From Octopus bimaculoides (lineage: Eukaryota), in contig NC_068984.1 of NCBI RefSeq assembly GCF_001194135.2, positions 131,506,777 through 131,570,776 of the forward strand: a stretch of DNA of 64,000 bases, read 5' to 3'. This document shows positions 62,791-64,000 of the stretch, in pieces. Under the pieces are notes generated by a model. That model was given only the letters and a program-made list of their open reading frames with translations. It had not been told where the DNA came from and made no database searches. Position numbers and translations under genes: made by a program. The first letter of the stretch is position 1. Every line of letters begins with the position of its first letter.

Positions 62791-63144
62791 CAGGGGCTCT
62801 CAACCATTTTTTTTTATCTATGGACCCCTTTGATTACTATTTTATTCTGGTGAATTCCTGTAGGTATTTGATGTTTAAAAACTAGTTTTATAGACACTTC
62901 TGACATAATTCCCATTTTGTTTTTAACACATTAGCTTGTGTAGGTTGGACAATGTAAAATGTTAGAGAAAGAAACCTGGCTGTTTCTTGCAATACATACC
63001 AATACACACATCTATAGCAAAGATTTTTTTCAGAGGCCCTTAAAATATTATTGTGGATCCCCAATTTATTATTTTATTTCATAGACCCTCAAAAATCTTA
63101 TATGGACCTTTAGGGGCCATATGGACCCCAGTTGAGAATCACTG
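62791..63144. mobile_element. hAT/Charlie-like MITE
   Basis: TIRs CAGGGGCTCTCAAC / GTTGAGAATCACTG. 8-bp flanks GTCTAGAC / ATCTAGAT carry the NTCTAGAN target motif. Confidence 0.8.
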
Positions 63145-64000
63145 ATCTAGATGAAAAAACTGGTGGGTAAAGAAGCATCAAGTGATCCAAATAAAGGATA
63201 GAAGATAAAGATATGTTATGAGCCTAGTGTGTAGTGATGACCCTGTTCCCTCTCAGTCTTGGAAACCCAGCAAGAGAGCTATTGAGCACTGCCTGTCTTT
63301 TTCTGACTAACCCATAAAGAAATTGATTAATTAAAAAACAAGCAGGCAACAAGCAGAATCTGATGATAGCTTGCTAAGCAACAAACTCAACACACACACT
63401 ACCCCCACCAAGTGATGAAAGCATAGATACTGCATTTAGAAAACTACATATATAATGTATTTGATGACAATGACAGAACAACAGGTGTATTTCTGGTATT
63501 CACCTGCAGGTTTTTACCTAAGAGAATTAGAAATGCATTATTAAGTACGAATTACTCGACAAGGAAGTAGTGGATGCATCAGGTAAAACAGTACATTCAA
63601 GTCTGCTGCACATATTGAATATACTGTTTAATGAAAAGAAACAATGCACATTAAAATATTAGATAACATACAAAATGTGTGTGTGTGTGCATGTTTGTTT
63701 GTTTATGTGTAGATGTACGTATGTATGTGTACAGTGTGTGTGTGTGTGTTTGTGTGTATCCTATTGTTGTAATTTAATTCCAGATGAGCTCTGATCCAGT
63801 ATGCATACCTATTACAAGAGCTATTCTAGTCTTGACAGCATAAAGAGGGGAAGGAAATATTGGAAATTTAATCCCAGATACACTGTGTCTGAATAAAAGA
63901 CAGGAAGGTCACAGCTGAAATGACTTTCATGCTCAGTACACTGGTTCAAAGCTGGTCTGACTGTCCAACCCATGCCAGCATGGAAAACAGACATCACATG

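Overview
This is AT-rich, repeat-dense eukaryotic DNA from a gapped short-read assembly, with many N runs that almost always sit inside microsatellites. The repeat families (tRNA/CORE-type SINE, Nin/Deu-domain-type SINE, tRNA-headed SINE with a CAA tail, RTE LINE with a (GAT)n tail) point to an octopus genome; this is inferred from recalled family motifs, not from a search. No intact protein-coding gene is visible. Nearly all ORFs in the supplied track come from microsatellites or N gaps. The protein-like ones are decayed transposons: two mariner deletion derivatives, a Tc1 left end, hAT fossils and MITEs, piggyBac-like TTAA MITEs, a non-autonomous Helentron, and RTE, R4/Dong and CR1-like LINE pieces. 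The most interesting non-routine signals are: (1) a 47-bp-arm hairpin at 20037-20145 whose mismatches favour G:U pairing on the minus strand, about 0.8 kb downstream of a minus-strand TATA/Inr/ATG/GTAAGT first-exon candidate at 20937-21022; (2) two Penelope-like terminal fragments carrying a minimal hammerhead-like fold with a non-canonical position 6, both next to (TA)n arrays; (3) tandem R4/Dong pieces in (TAA)n arrays; (4) a modular, hairpin-forming RTE 3' UTR whose tail is shared with one variant of the CORE-type SINE. Family names are assigned from memory of published motifs and need database confirmation.
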